Source: Chrysemys picta bellii
Lineage: Eukaryota
Assembly: GCF_011386835.1 (NCBI RefSeq)
Contig: NC_088802.1
Location: 8,680,001-8,744,000 of the forward strand
Length of the DNA: 64,000 nt
Direction: 5' to 3'
Shown here: piece by piece, positions 1 to 11,300 of the stretch
Layout of the letters: each line of letters opens with the position of its first letter
Numbering within the stretch: position 1 is the stretch's first letter
Made by a program: the position numbers and the translations under genes
Notes under the pieces: model-generated
The model's input: the letters and a program-made list of their open reading frames with translations, nothing else
Databases searched by the model: none
Told to the model about the DNA's origin: nothing

Positions 1-40
1 CCTGCTATTCCCACTTGGTCATATCCAGCTCCCTACTCAC

Positions 41-3000
41 CATGGTCACGAGCTTGGTCAATCGCCTGGGTCAAGCGTTTATGCTGCTTCATGCAGACGC
101 CTGCAGCGGAAGGAGAGGGGAGCGTGTCTCAGAGGATGAAGAAACTGTGGGGTTTGGGGAGCTGATTCTGGGGCAGATTGATCCTGAGGCTCCTTTTCTG
201 TTTCTAAAAGGGACAGGCAGGGCCCCAGGGGACAAAGAGGGTTTCCCAGGATGGGGCATCTCCATCTCCCTGGGAAACAGGCTGCACGGGACGATGCTGC
301 CCCATGGGGCGATGGGAAATGTCATCTCCTTGGTCAGTTTCATCCTTCTCTCCCCCTGCCCCCAACAATCCCCCTCCCACCCACCTCCTGGCACCCCCCA
401 CACAAAGACTATCCCCTGGCCTCTTGGGCTATTCTCCCTCACCTCTGCACTACTCCAGCCTTCTCACTGCCTCTGCTTCCTCTCTCTTGGGGTCCCCCCC
501 AGAACCAGGCAGATGGCTCCCCGCCCACCCCTTTGGTCTAACTGGGAAAGTGGTTCCCTGTGGCAGACTCCAAGCCCCCCTGGGCCGGGGGGCAATGTAC
601 CTGTGCGGGTGGGATGGAAGGTGACACCCGTGTGGGAGCAGACAAACTGCTCCAGGAGCTTCACGTTCTGTGGGGGGAGAGAGGCAGAGATGGAGCCGTG
701 AGCAGCAGGAGCAGGGACAGGTGGGAAAGGGGTTGGCACCGCAGAGAGGATGCCAGGCTGCTGGGGGACACCAGGTTCCCCAAAGAGCCCGGGGGGGGGG
801 GGGAGGGGAGAGGAGGGACCATACAGGCAGGGCCGGCCTGAGGGAAGAAGTGGGGATCACAGATTCAGGGCAGAAGGAATCATACAGCCAGGGCAGGCCT
901 TATGAAGGGGGTTACAGAGCTGGGGTAGAGGGTCATAGAGCTGTGCCCAGGGAGCCCAGACCACACGTGTGTTTTCTCTCCAGGTCGAGGGGTGGGGGGG
1001 TCACAGGCCCGGCCGGGGGGTCGCGAGTGGCCAGAAGGGCCTGAGTTGGGCTCAGCCCCTTACCCTGTAGTCCACGTGGAGTTTCTTGTCTCGGCAGATG
1101 GGGCAGGGGTTCCCCGCAGTCGTCTTTCCTCTCTGGGGAACCAAACAAGACTGTCAGAGCTGAGCCGCCTCTCCACCCTGCTCACACCCCAGCCAGCAGT
1201 GGTCCCCATGTACCACAAAGCAGGGCCCACGGTGAGCCAGACCCATGGGCCCATCTAGCCCGGTATCCCGTCTCTGACAGCCGTTAGCACCAGGTGAAGG
1301 TGCAAACAACCCCTAGAGGTCAGATATGGAATAGCCTGTCTCCATAGAATGGCCTTCCTGACCTTCCTCATGCCCGAAGCATCTGTCCCTTGCTATTATA
1401 ATTATCCCAAGCTCTTCCCGAGGGCTTTACATCTGGAGATCGCGAAGCGCTTTGCTGTCTTTAGCCCCATTTTATACATGAGGAAACTGAGGCAGAAAAG
1501 AGCAGCGACTTGTCCATGGTCACCCAGCAGAGGCAGGCACAGCAGCCCCTCTCCAGGGGCTGGGTATCCTCACCAGCTGTGCTCTCAAATTCCACTAGAC
1601 TCTTCTCCAGCCCCCCCTGTCCTGGTCCCTTTTCGACACTCGCTGGGGATGATTCCGACCCCTGTAGACCAGCTGCTAACGGATCTAAGTTCTCTGGGTC
1701 CTGCTGACCTTCAAACTCCTCCTTTGTTTGGTGTCACCTGCCATTTACCTTCCCATGCCTCTCATCAAACCACCCCTTTCTGATCTGCTATGGATCTCAC
1801 CAAGGCTAGCAAGACCATTGGTCTTTTCACTCTCCTCCCACTTTTATACCCCCCCACCCTCTGCTCTAACCATTAGACACCCTACTCCCCGTCCAGAACC
1901 AAGGAGTCCTGCTCCCAGGCCCTCTGCTTTAACCACTAGATCAGTGGTCCCCAAACTTTTTCTGTCGCCCCCGCCTTACCTGTAATGGAACCTGTCAGCC
2001 ACCTGTCCGCAAGGGAATTGTGGGGCTGTGGCTGAGAGTGAAGCCCAAGCTGCAGCTAGGGGCAGGGCTGGAGCAGAGCTGGATGGCGCTTTCTCTTCAC
2101 CCTTCCCCCCACTGTGGGGGATGACCTTGCTGCTTCCCCCTCCCCCCCGAAGGTTCCTCCGTGCCCCCCAGGGGGGTGCACCCCACAGTTTCAGGATCAC
2201 TGCACTAGATCCACACTTTCTTCCTGGATCGCAGACAAAATCCAGGAGTCGACTCCCAGCCCCCTTGCTCTAATCATTAGACCCCACTCTCCTCCCAGAG
2301 CAAGGGATAGAACTCAGGAGTCCTGGCTCCCAGGGCCCCTGCTCTAACCACCAGACTAAGGACCTCTTTCTTTGCTGGCATCTCTCCGACCCGCCTTGCT
2401 GAAGACAGCTCATGCCATACAGTGGGGTCTGGGTGTCCACTGGCTCCCCCATGTGTCTCCTGGAGTCTGGACAGCTGACAGGTGTGCCAGTCATTGGCCC
2501 CAAACCCTGCCCATGCTGAGGGGCAGGGCAAGGTGTGGGGCTGTACTCACTATGCAGGTCTTGCGGGTCTTCTGAGGGGGGATGGATCCCTTGTGGTTAC
2601 GTCGATAGCCGAACCAGACGGGCTTGTCGCCATATCTCTCGATGTACTCTGCAAGGGGGGAGGGGAGAGTTAGCCATTCCCAAGTGGGGTTCACACCGAG
2701 GATCCTAGAGAACATGAGTGAGTGCAGCCTCTGTTGCATCAGACCCCCCGTACGGATGGGGAAACTGAGTCACAGTGGGAGGAGGATGGCCAATGTTCAT
2801 ACTGAGAGTCTGGTCCAGAGATGGAATCCCAGGTGTCCTGACTCCCAGCCCGCCCCGCTCTAATCCACTGGACTCTCCTTCCCTCCCAGGGCAGGGGATA
2901 GAACCCAAGAATCCTGGATCCCAGGTCCGCTTCCCACCTCACTCTAACCCCTAGACCACTTCCAGGAATCCTGAGCCCCTCACAAGGTCGCCCTTGGTGC

Positions 3001-4714
3001 TGCCAGCCTGTGAAGCAGCAGGTCCAAGGCCTAGCACCAACCCCTTTGCAGCTCCTGTCCAGATACCTTCCGTCTCTAGATACTCCCAGGGTTTCTCCTT
3101 AAAGCGCGATTCGGTGTCAAAGGCGACTGGCTCTGCTGAGGCGACTGGGTCCGTCTCTGTGCTGAACACCCGGAGCAGCGGGCGCTGGAGCCGCAGGAGC
3201 GAGGCAGCAGGAGCAGCCTAAGAAAGGCCAAGTCAGGAAAGGAGAGAAAGGATCAGACCACCCCAATGAGTGGCTGTCTCTACCGCGTCTAGGATATTAG
3301 ATAAGGATCAATGAAATGCAGCCACCTCTGGGGTGGGGCAGCTAGGGAACAGCAGCAGCACAGCAACATGGCACGGGGGGAGAGGGGGTTAACTCACCCA
3401 TCACAGAAATGCAGCCACCTCTGGGGTGAGGTGGCTGGGGAATAGCCACACAGCAACACAGCATAGGGGAGGGGAGAATCACTCACCCATCACTGAAAAC
3501 AGCACCGATTGGGCTTTGCGGGCACAATGGTTTGCCCCAGTGCTCTTGCCTGAATTCTTCCCTCCACTCTGCAGAGGTTCATTATTGTGCTTCACCCAGA
3601 GAAGGCTGCATTTCAGCTGAGCCCAATGCCACTCTGTGATGAAACAGCAGGGCTAGTGCATTTGAAAGAGTTTATCCTTGGGGTTGGAAGATGCTAGCAT
3701 GATCTTTATAGCAAGCAACTTTAACGATATTTTTTGCATTTAATTTCCCGACTACTTTTAAGGAAAAAGCAAACAAACACAGAGTAAGGACAAATGGATT
3801 TGCTGTCTGCAGCTGCCCTGTCCCAAATGCTGGACACTGCATGGAAACAGCAGCAGGAAACTGTGTCTAAGGTGGGTGGCCCAGTGGGCTCGTGCCTCAA
3901 AGCCAAAATAACCTGCAGGCTCCCACAATGACAGGGCGCTGAGAGCCCACGTGACACAGCGATGCTGCGCAATGGAATAACACCACGCCAGGGGAACCTC
4001 ATACCCCGCTGTAATCCCGATCTGGTGAGGACCAGCAATCAAGTTGGCAGGCTGTCTCAGCCCCGGATAACCGTGTTGTGTTATGTTGACGTGCATGACC
4101 ACAGCACTCCAGGACAATGTCATGGCAGGGGGACTCTGGGAACACCAATAATGTCAGATCTCTCCCTGACCCACCCTTGGGGAGTCACAGCAGGACAACG
4201 CCACATCACATCATGTTGTCCAACGCCACACAGCTCCAAGACAGCATGATACCCACAGTGTCACACTGCCACCCATTAGCATGATGATCTTACAGCACAG
4301 CAGCCATGATGTCACACCACCTTGCTCCTGACATGATGACCTCATAGCACAGCAGCCATGATGTCACACTGCCCCCACCCCCAGGGGGTGATGACCTCAT
4401 AGCACTGTAATCATGATATCACACTGCCCTCTCATGGCATGATGACATCATAGCTAGTGATTTTGGTGCAGGGCAGCTCTGACATCACACTCCACCCACC
4501 CTGGCACAATGATATCACAGTGGACATTTCCGGTACAGCATAATGACGTCACCCCCACAAAGTGATACATGCAATGACATCACAGCCCATGGCCCCGGCC
4601 AGCCCCCTTAGCCCCGCTCCTCACCTGGGCCCAGAAGAGCCTCGGGAGCAGAGCCAGCCCAGGCAGGCTTCCCGCGGCCCTTCGCAGTAACATGGTGCCC
4701 CTGGAAGCCGCCAT
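41..4714 (-). CDS. MRPS18B: 28S mitochondrial ribosomal protein S18B, 3'-partial (last exon lies left of the window)
   Basis: Exons 4714-4625, 3217-3067, 2648-2551, 1132-1064, 667-601, 100-41, all GT-AG with consistent phase. Translation [12 protein letters not shown]...[82 protein letters not shown]...[21 protein letters not shown] matches the recalled human MRPS18B. Confidence 0.97.
1942..2202. mobile_element. Non-autonomous hAT DNA transposon (MITE)
   Basis: Imperfect TIRs CAGTGGTCCCCAAACT / AGTTTCAGGATCACTG and a perfect 8-bp TSD CACTAGAT at 1934-1941 and 2203-2210. Confidence 0.85.
4300..4585. repeat. Degenerate tandem array of TGAYRTCA octamers
   Basis: TGAYRTCA at 4307, 4359, 4414, 4443, 4480, 4510, 4544 and 4575; TGACCTCA at 4337 and 4392. 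Confidence 0.85.
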
Positions 4715-5434
4715 CTTGCAGTACGGTGATCTGTGCGCATGCGTGGTGACTAACAAATCAAAGCTCCCTTGGCAGCAGCCATCTTCTTCCACGTGACCAC
4801 CGCGTTGGTGCGGTCACGCCTTTACTTGTTAGTTTATTTTTTTTAACGCCACACCTGACTCGATAACTCGCTACCTCGTGGGCTCGTAAGAAATGTTGTA
4901 AGGATTAATAGTTTTCATTTGAAAAGGGCGGAATGATCACTGCGCATGCGCTGACCCACTTTGTTGGCGCACCTGCGCACAGCTCGGAGCGGAATAAAAA
5001 CTGCGCCACAAGCTGAAGACAATACCGGGCGTTGGCCGCGCATGCGCACAACCTTCAGGACGACAGCTAAGGGGAATCAGCCGACCGGACCCCCGCGCAT
5101 GCGCGGTATAGAGAGTCTCGTGACACTTCCGCAAGGGCGTTGCCTGCCAGCCAAGCCCGGTCACCCCGCCTTTCCCCTTCGCGCACGCGCGCTGGGGCCC
5201 CTTCCTAACTGCGTCACAACCGTCGCCGATTTTAAAATTGATTTTCGAGCTTGGATCCCGCCTGCCCATCGAGAGGGGACCCCGGCGGTGTGTTTCGCTA
5301 GCGGTTTTAAATCGGTTCTCGAGTAACCGGCCGTTGGGTAAGAGGGAGGAGGGGGAGCGGAGAGGACGGAAGCTTTGTTCTCGCGCCGCAGCGCGAGCCG
5401 CAGGGGGGCGGGGCCGGAGGAGGGCGGGGCCCCA

Positions 5435-5442
5435 TATAAAAA
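5435..5442 (+). promoter_or_regulatory. TATA box of PPP1R10
   Basis: TATAAAAA directly after two GC boxes and about 45 nt before a consensus donor GAG|GTGAGT at 5486/5487. Confidence 0.65.
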
Positions 5443-5461
5443 GCGCCACTCGCGCGGTGGT

Positions 5462-5486
5462 CGGCCATTCTGGGGTCTGGTTAGAG
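5462..5486 (+). other. PPP1R10: Probable non-coding exon 1 of PPP1R10 (start approximate)
   Basis: Lies downstream of the TATA box and ends at the strong donor TTAGAG|GTGAGT. The TSS is inferred only from TATA spacing. Confidence 0.55.
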
Positions 5487-7815
5487 GTGAGTACTGAGCT
5501 CTTAGGAGCGCTAGGCTGGGGTATAGGGCGGGGGCGGGGGGAGGAGTGGTTTGGGGGGCTGCTGTTAGCCCTTTTGAATGACCTTGATCATTAATAACTT
5601 CTGCTGCTAATTAACCCCCTGGGTCTGAGGCAGGGATCTGGGGCTTTTAATTGAAACTGGGCTTCAGCTGAACCAGGAAACTCCAACCCCCCCCCCCAGG
5701 GGTGGTTCCCCGATAATCCCCATTTTCGTTCCCAGACCCACCCACCCCTGTTGGTCCCACAGATTTGCAAAAATTTATAACAGGCCAGATCCCAGCGGTT
5801 TAAAAGCAAATCTGAAAAATTAAGTTTTCGCCGAATTTTGTATTTTTGTGGTTAAAAATTTGAGGGGTGGGGTGCCTTTTATGTCTAAAAATGCTCATTG
5901 CGGTGTTTTTTTTCCCTTCTCTTCTGTTCTAGGTTGGTTTGGTCTTGAGACTGGCGTCGAATTTGCTACGAGAAAGAGAAAAATCCCCCCCCACTTGGTC
6001 CTTGGAAGACACAAAAAAGCAGCCACCATATTTTCGACCGTCCTTGGGAAGCCGTTCAAATTCTTTGTGACCTGAAGGAAACTGCCACTTAAACATACCA
6101 AAAGACCAAACAAAAAATAATTAGCAACAACCTGTCCTGATCCTTTTTTTTTAAATCTAGCAACTTTTTGCATCTCTTTATCTCGACAAACCACCAAAAA
6201 TCCCCAAAAAGTTGCTGTATTTTTTTAAAGCCATGACCAAAAACAAATCAATTATTTTTTTTCTTTAAAATACACCACTTTAATCAAACAAAAAATTAAC
6301 AAACTTTGAAGCGCTGTCGACGAGAAAAATTATTGGATAGTAAGTGTCGAATTTTCAACCAACTGACCAAAAAAAAAAAATTTCCTCCTCTGTACCAAAA
6401 AGAATTAACGCCAGGAAGAAACCAAAAATGTGTATATAATTGAGAGGAAAGTAGGCTTTGTTTCAAGATGGTTAACCCTTAAACGTCAGGCATTTTGCAA
6501 AATATGAATGCATATTTATAAGGAGTACGATGGTCTCTTAGACAAATCCATCGTCTCCACGAATATGAAGGGTTAATGAGCTCCCATACAAAAGATGGCG
6601 GTGACTGAGCCATAAAGTATCGCTTCTTTGTGTGGGAGACAAGGAAAATGAGCAATCTGTACATAAAGATTGCAGGGTAAGGCTATAAGTGGCAAGGGAA
6701 GCAAGAAAGATCTATGGCATTAGACAATGATGGGTTGGTTAAAAAAATAGTTAACCTTACAGTGATCTGTCAAATCCATTTCTATATTTTTAAATTCAAT
6801 GTAATTGTTAGTTTTTTTGGTGTGATTTTATTTTTTTAGAACCCGGAGAACCACTTTAATAATGTATTTGCATATATATGTAGTAGCTGGGCAGAAAGGG
6901 CAATCTTTAAGAATTGGGTGGCAATCTAGAAATAAAGATTGCAAGAGTTGGTTTAAAAAAAAAACTTTCAAATTTTGTTAAAATTCAGTAACTTATTTTT
7001 TAAAAGATCAACATGAAATTTGATAACATTTAGACTCCAATTATAACGAAATCTAATGTGCTTTTAAAAATGTGATTCTCGCTTTCTATTTTCCCCTCCC
7101 TACTAAAGATGGCGAAGCTGTTTTGTCTCCTTGTCTTTGTTCCTGGCAAGCAGCATATTTTTTTTGTTTTTGGTTTTTGCAGGTTGATCCCATTTTTACC
7201 CCCCCTTTTTTTGCCCCTCCCATACTTTGGAGGGGGACAAATTCGCCCCCCCCATGATGATGGGGAGATTCTGTAGTGAATCTTCGGCTCACATTAACAA
7301 GAATTGGATTCCCCCTTTGTATTTTTAATAGGTGTAGCATTGTAGGATTGAGATTATAGGATACAAAGAGGGGTGTGTGTGTATATATAGATATGGTGGG
7401 GGCTGTATTGTTATATGAATTCCCTCTTAATAGATACTGAAGCCTTTTTGTTTGTGTTTTTTTTTCCCCTCCCCTCTCCCTTGTGCTTCTAAAATGGCGT
7501 CTGCCTCATTTTGTCTCTTCCTGTACAAAAGCGAGAACCCATGGGCAGGGAGGTGATGTAACGAGCTCTGAGCAAACTCCTCCCACCGACTGGCTTGCGT
7601 TTGGAGGCATGGGATGGAGGGAATGAGATGCGGGCGGGGGGGAAGAAGGAGGGGAATGCACCGAGCGCGCGTCCCCCACCCCCCCTTCCCCTTTCTAAAC
7701 TGTTCTAACCAAATTCCGCTCCTGGCTGTTTCATCTACAGGAATTCTCTAGGTACAAGTTAATATATGAGTACAAAGTATGATCCTAAGTCCACCAGGTT
7801 TCTTTCTTTTTATAG

Positions 7816-8321
7816 GTTTCAACATAACCCCTGAGTTTGGACCTCCTCTCTCTTGTCTGTCTTATCTGGCTGTATTTGTAACTTACATTGGTTTCTATCC
7901 AGCTTCCATGCTCAGTAAAGCAGACGGTCTGCTTTGTCTCCCTCCTACTTTGGGATTTCACTGGTACCTTTTTTTAGACTTTCCAAAGGGAAGTGGGGGA
8001 GCATTCCTTTTGATCAGTTAATGTAATCTGATTTGTTATAACAGATGTGAAATGCTATCACTGGACTCCAAAGGTGCTGTACATAACCCACAAATCTGTT
8101 GTCAAGGATATTCTGGGGGTGGGAGGGGTGCGTGCATTTTCTCCAGCCACACACACCCCAAGTGTCTTGTTGGGCAGGGGAAAGGTAAAAAGTCTTGTAT
8201 TCAATTAATTTGCCACATTCCACAGTGCCATAGTTCCTGTACAATGTACTAGGAAAAGAAGTGATCATTAGGAAAAAAGGGAAGCCCTCATCAAAGGGAG
8301 GGGAACAGCCACAAATCACGG
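7816..8321 (+). other. PPP1R10: Candidate long 5'UTR exon of PPP1R10
   Basis: Acceptor TTTCTTTCTTTTTATAG|G at 7815/7816 and donor CGG|GTAAGC at 8321/8322. Human PPP1R10 is recalled to have a second, long non-coding exon. No transcript data available. Confidence 0.4.
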
Positions 8322-11300
8322 GTAAGCAAACCTTTCTGGTATTAATTACATTTCACAACCTTCATTTCTGTTCCAGACCACTTTGCTTATTTCTTTTTTG
8401 ATTCTTCTTCCATTGTCAACTCCGCGCAGTGACAGCAACTGATGCATGCAGAGGCTATAAGGATATTTTGAGTCTTGATTTAAGAGCTTGCCAATCTGTT
8501 AAGACAACTACAAATTTAATTTTTTGAGACTTTGCATTAGAGAGATCTGGTTTCTTTTACCAGAGCCAACCCATTGGATCTGCATGAGCGTCCGATAGCT
8601 TTTAACCAAGGAGAGGCTGCTTTTGTGACTGAGGTTTTTTTTTAACTGCTGGATTTTTTTCTGGACTGTTTCTAACATGAAATGGGACTTCACAAGGCAG
8701 ATTTTTCAAACCCAGCAGGTGAAATACCTGCTGCAGTGTCCAGTGGTAGCATTTCATGCAATGTAAAGCAATTCAGCATTTTAGTCTCATGGGGACTGAA
8801 CAATATACAGCCTGTAGTGGCCTGATCTTGAAGCATTGAGCTGCAATCCTGTTGAAGTCATTAAGAGTTGTCCTGGGTGCTAAGTTTCTCTCGGGCTTGG
8901 GTCTTAGCTGCTGTATGTATAGTGCAGGTAGGATGAGGTAAGTTGTATGCAAGCAGCAAATTTAGCAAAGGCCTTGTAGAGATTGTGCCAGATGGGTGGG
9001 TCCACTTAAGCCTGGCACGGTGGGACCATTCGCTGTGTTGCAGTTGTGTGCACTTCTAAATTTCCAAGCGCACAGAAGACTAATGGAGATGAAATATGCT
9101 AAATAAGGAAAATAACAAAAGATCCAGCCAGAGAGGTTGATGAAAGCAGCAATGGCTCTTGCAGCCTCTTAATAGGAATAGAAAATCTATTTAATTTTTC
9201 GAGAAAAACATTCAATGAGAGGAAAAAAAATGTTTAACCAAACACTAGGAAATAGACCAGAATCCATTCAGGCATTTAAATGGACAAAATCAATTACGTG
9301 AGGGTAAATGTGGGTGAACACACAGTGGGGACTGTCAGTCAGGTAATAGGCCTGCTAAAACTTTCTCTTGCCAGAAGCCTAAATGATTGTCAAACTAGAT
9401 GTTTATTCTGTGCAGCCAGTGATCTTTATCTAAAGAGAGATCAATAAGGGTTTGGCTAAAGATGGCTTTTAAAAGTATTTTAAATACCACACTTCTTAAA
9501 AAATCCCAATACATGAAGCTTTTGTACCTTAGTAGCTCTTGACAGGTGTTAAGAGCACCTGATGTTTACTGAAAAAGGAGTGCAGCTTCTGCTAACAGGA
9601 TTTTTGTTCTAGAAGTCCTCTGCTCCTGCTGTCTTTCTTCCCTCACCTTCCTGAAGTTATAATCTCATGGTCTCACTCCTGTGGGTGAAGATACGAGATG
9701 GGGTTGGAGAAGTAAGACACTGAGATGCTAAAGGGACAAAGATACTGTGCAGAAGCTGAACCCTTTGCTGTAGCCTAGTAACCATGACAGTCACTGGCAG
9801 GTTCTCTGTCGTATTTGAAGCCTCAGTTATGCTGAGACCATATGTGGACAACATATTGTAAAGATAACTTCTGACTTGAGGTAGCTTGGCCTCTTGGTGA
9901 AACTCAGTTTAGTGTTTTAGACCCCCAGGGAAAATAATTCAGGTGTGAAGAAATCAATAGGTCTCTGAACACATGGGGGTCCAAATATTTAAATTTAAAT
10001 ATCTGGCTGAATTTAATCTTGTTTTAACTCTGCTGTAGTCACTTCAGTGACTATTTTGTCCTTTCAAAGGGAAGGGGAGTAAGTACTGTGGTTTTTTAGA
10101 GAAAAACTAATCCTAGTTTCCTTGCCATAGGTGGAAGGGGAGGATTATCCTGTTAGAGCACAACGCTGGGAGTCAGGACTCCTGGTCTGTGCCTGGATTT
10201 GGGAAAGAGTGTAGATAGTGCCAGAGGATTTGGTGCTTGGGGCTCATGGGTCGGGTGTTTCTTTTGATGGGAGTGTGGTAGTTAGGAAAAGGGACGGGGG
10301 GTCTTTAGGAGTCCGGACTCCTGGATTCTAACCCTCTGGCACTGAAATGGAGACATAAGCAGATAAAGAAAAAGCCACTAGCTCATTTTCCCCTTCCCCA
10401 AAACTACTGGGGACTGAAGTGGGAAAACACCGTGAGGCTTACTTCGTTGTTGCTAGAGTGCTTTGAGAGCCTCAGAAGGTGTTACAGAAGGGTTATTCCA
10501 TCAGGATGGTTTTAATCATGATTTAACGAACAGCTGTTTTTGTAACATTACAGTAATTGGCAGTCCTCAGTCACTCCCCAGTGTTAGGGCTTAGAATACC
10601 AAGTCTTAAAAATCCTTTGTGATATATATTAATAGGATTATAGGCTATGAAGATGTCTGTCTTCATTGGAATAAAATCCTGATTTCTATCTCTAAACTGT
10701 AAGTACAAAACAACTCTCCCGGTGGTCTCCAGTCACATGGGATCTAACATCTCAGCTGTACTGGAACGCTACTTGCGGAGGGGTTTAAATCCTAATAGAT
10801 CAGTAGCTGTGCTTTGCTTGTGGTATGTCATCTGTCCTCTGTATCTTTCTATCCCATCCAGACCCTCAAGGCTCTCTATCTGTGCCATGTCCATAGCTGC
10901 TTGTAGCCCCTCTGGATACGCTTACTTCAGTAAATCCCATCACCCATAGCATTCAAAAATTGACCCAGTCTGTGCAGGATTCCTTTGTCTTTGGAGGCGG
11001 GAGCGCACAGCTGTCTTTCTCTTAAATTGGCACAGCCGTGTAGTTTTGATGCTCTTTACGTCAATACTGACTGGCTAGATCTTGGCAGTGGATAAATATA
11101 AGTTGCTCTGAAGAGAGTCCCTGTTGTATGACCCACTGCTTAAAATCTGCTCCCTATGTCCTCCTTGGCTTATTATTGCCCATAGGCGCTCTCATTAGCA
11201 CTGGGAGAAATTAACTAGATCCCTTGCAAAGGGGTGAACAACAATTTCAAATCTAACTGGATTAAAAACTTTTCCATCTTTTTCACTCTAGGCTCTCAAG

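Larger units (their letters stand above)
4715..5486. promoter_or_regulatory. CpG-island bidirectional promoter shared by MRPS18B and PPP1R10
   Basis: CpG-dense and between two divergent genes. NRF1-type GCGCATGCGC at about 4942, 5038 and 5095 (near-match at 4734), YY1-type GCCATCTT at 4710 and 4778, ETS CACTTCCG near 5124, GC boxes at 5405-5430. Confidence 0.85.

Noticed and set aside
15-701. 228-aa plus-strand ORF
   Set aside because: Antisense to MRPS18B exons 5-6 in GC-rich DNA, with no recognisable protein.
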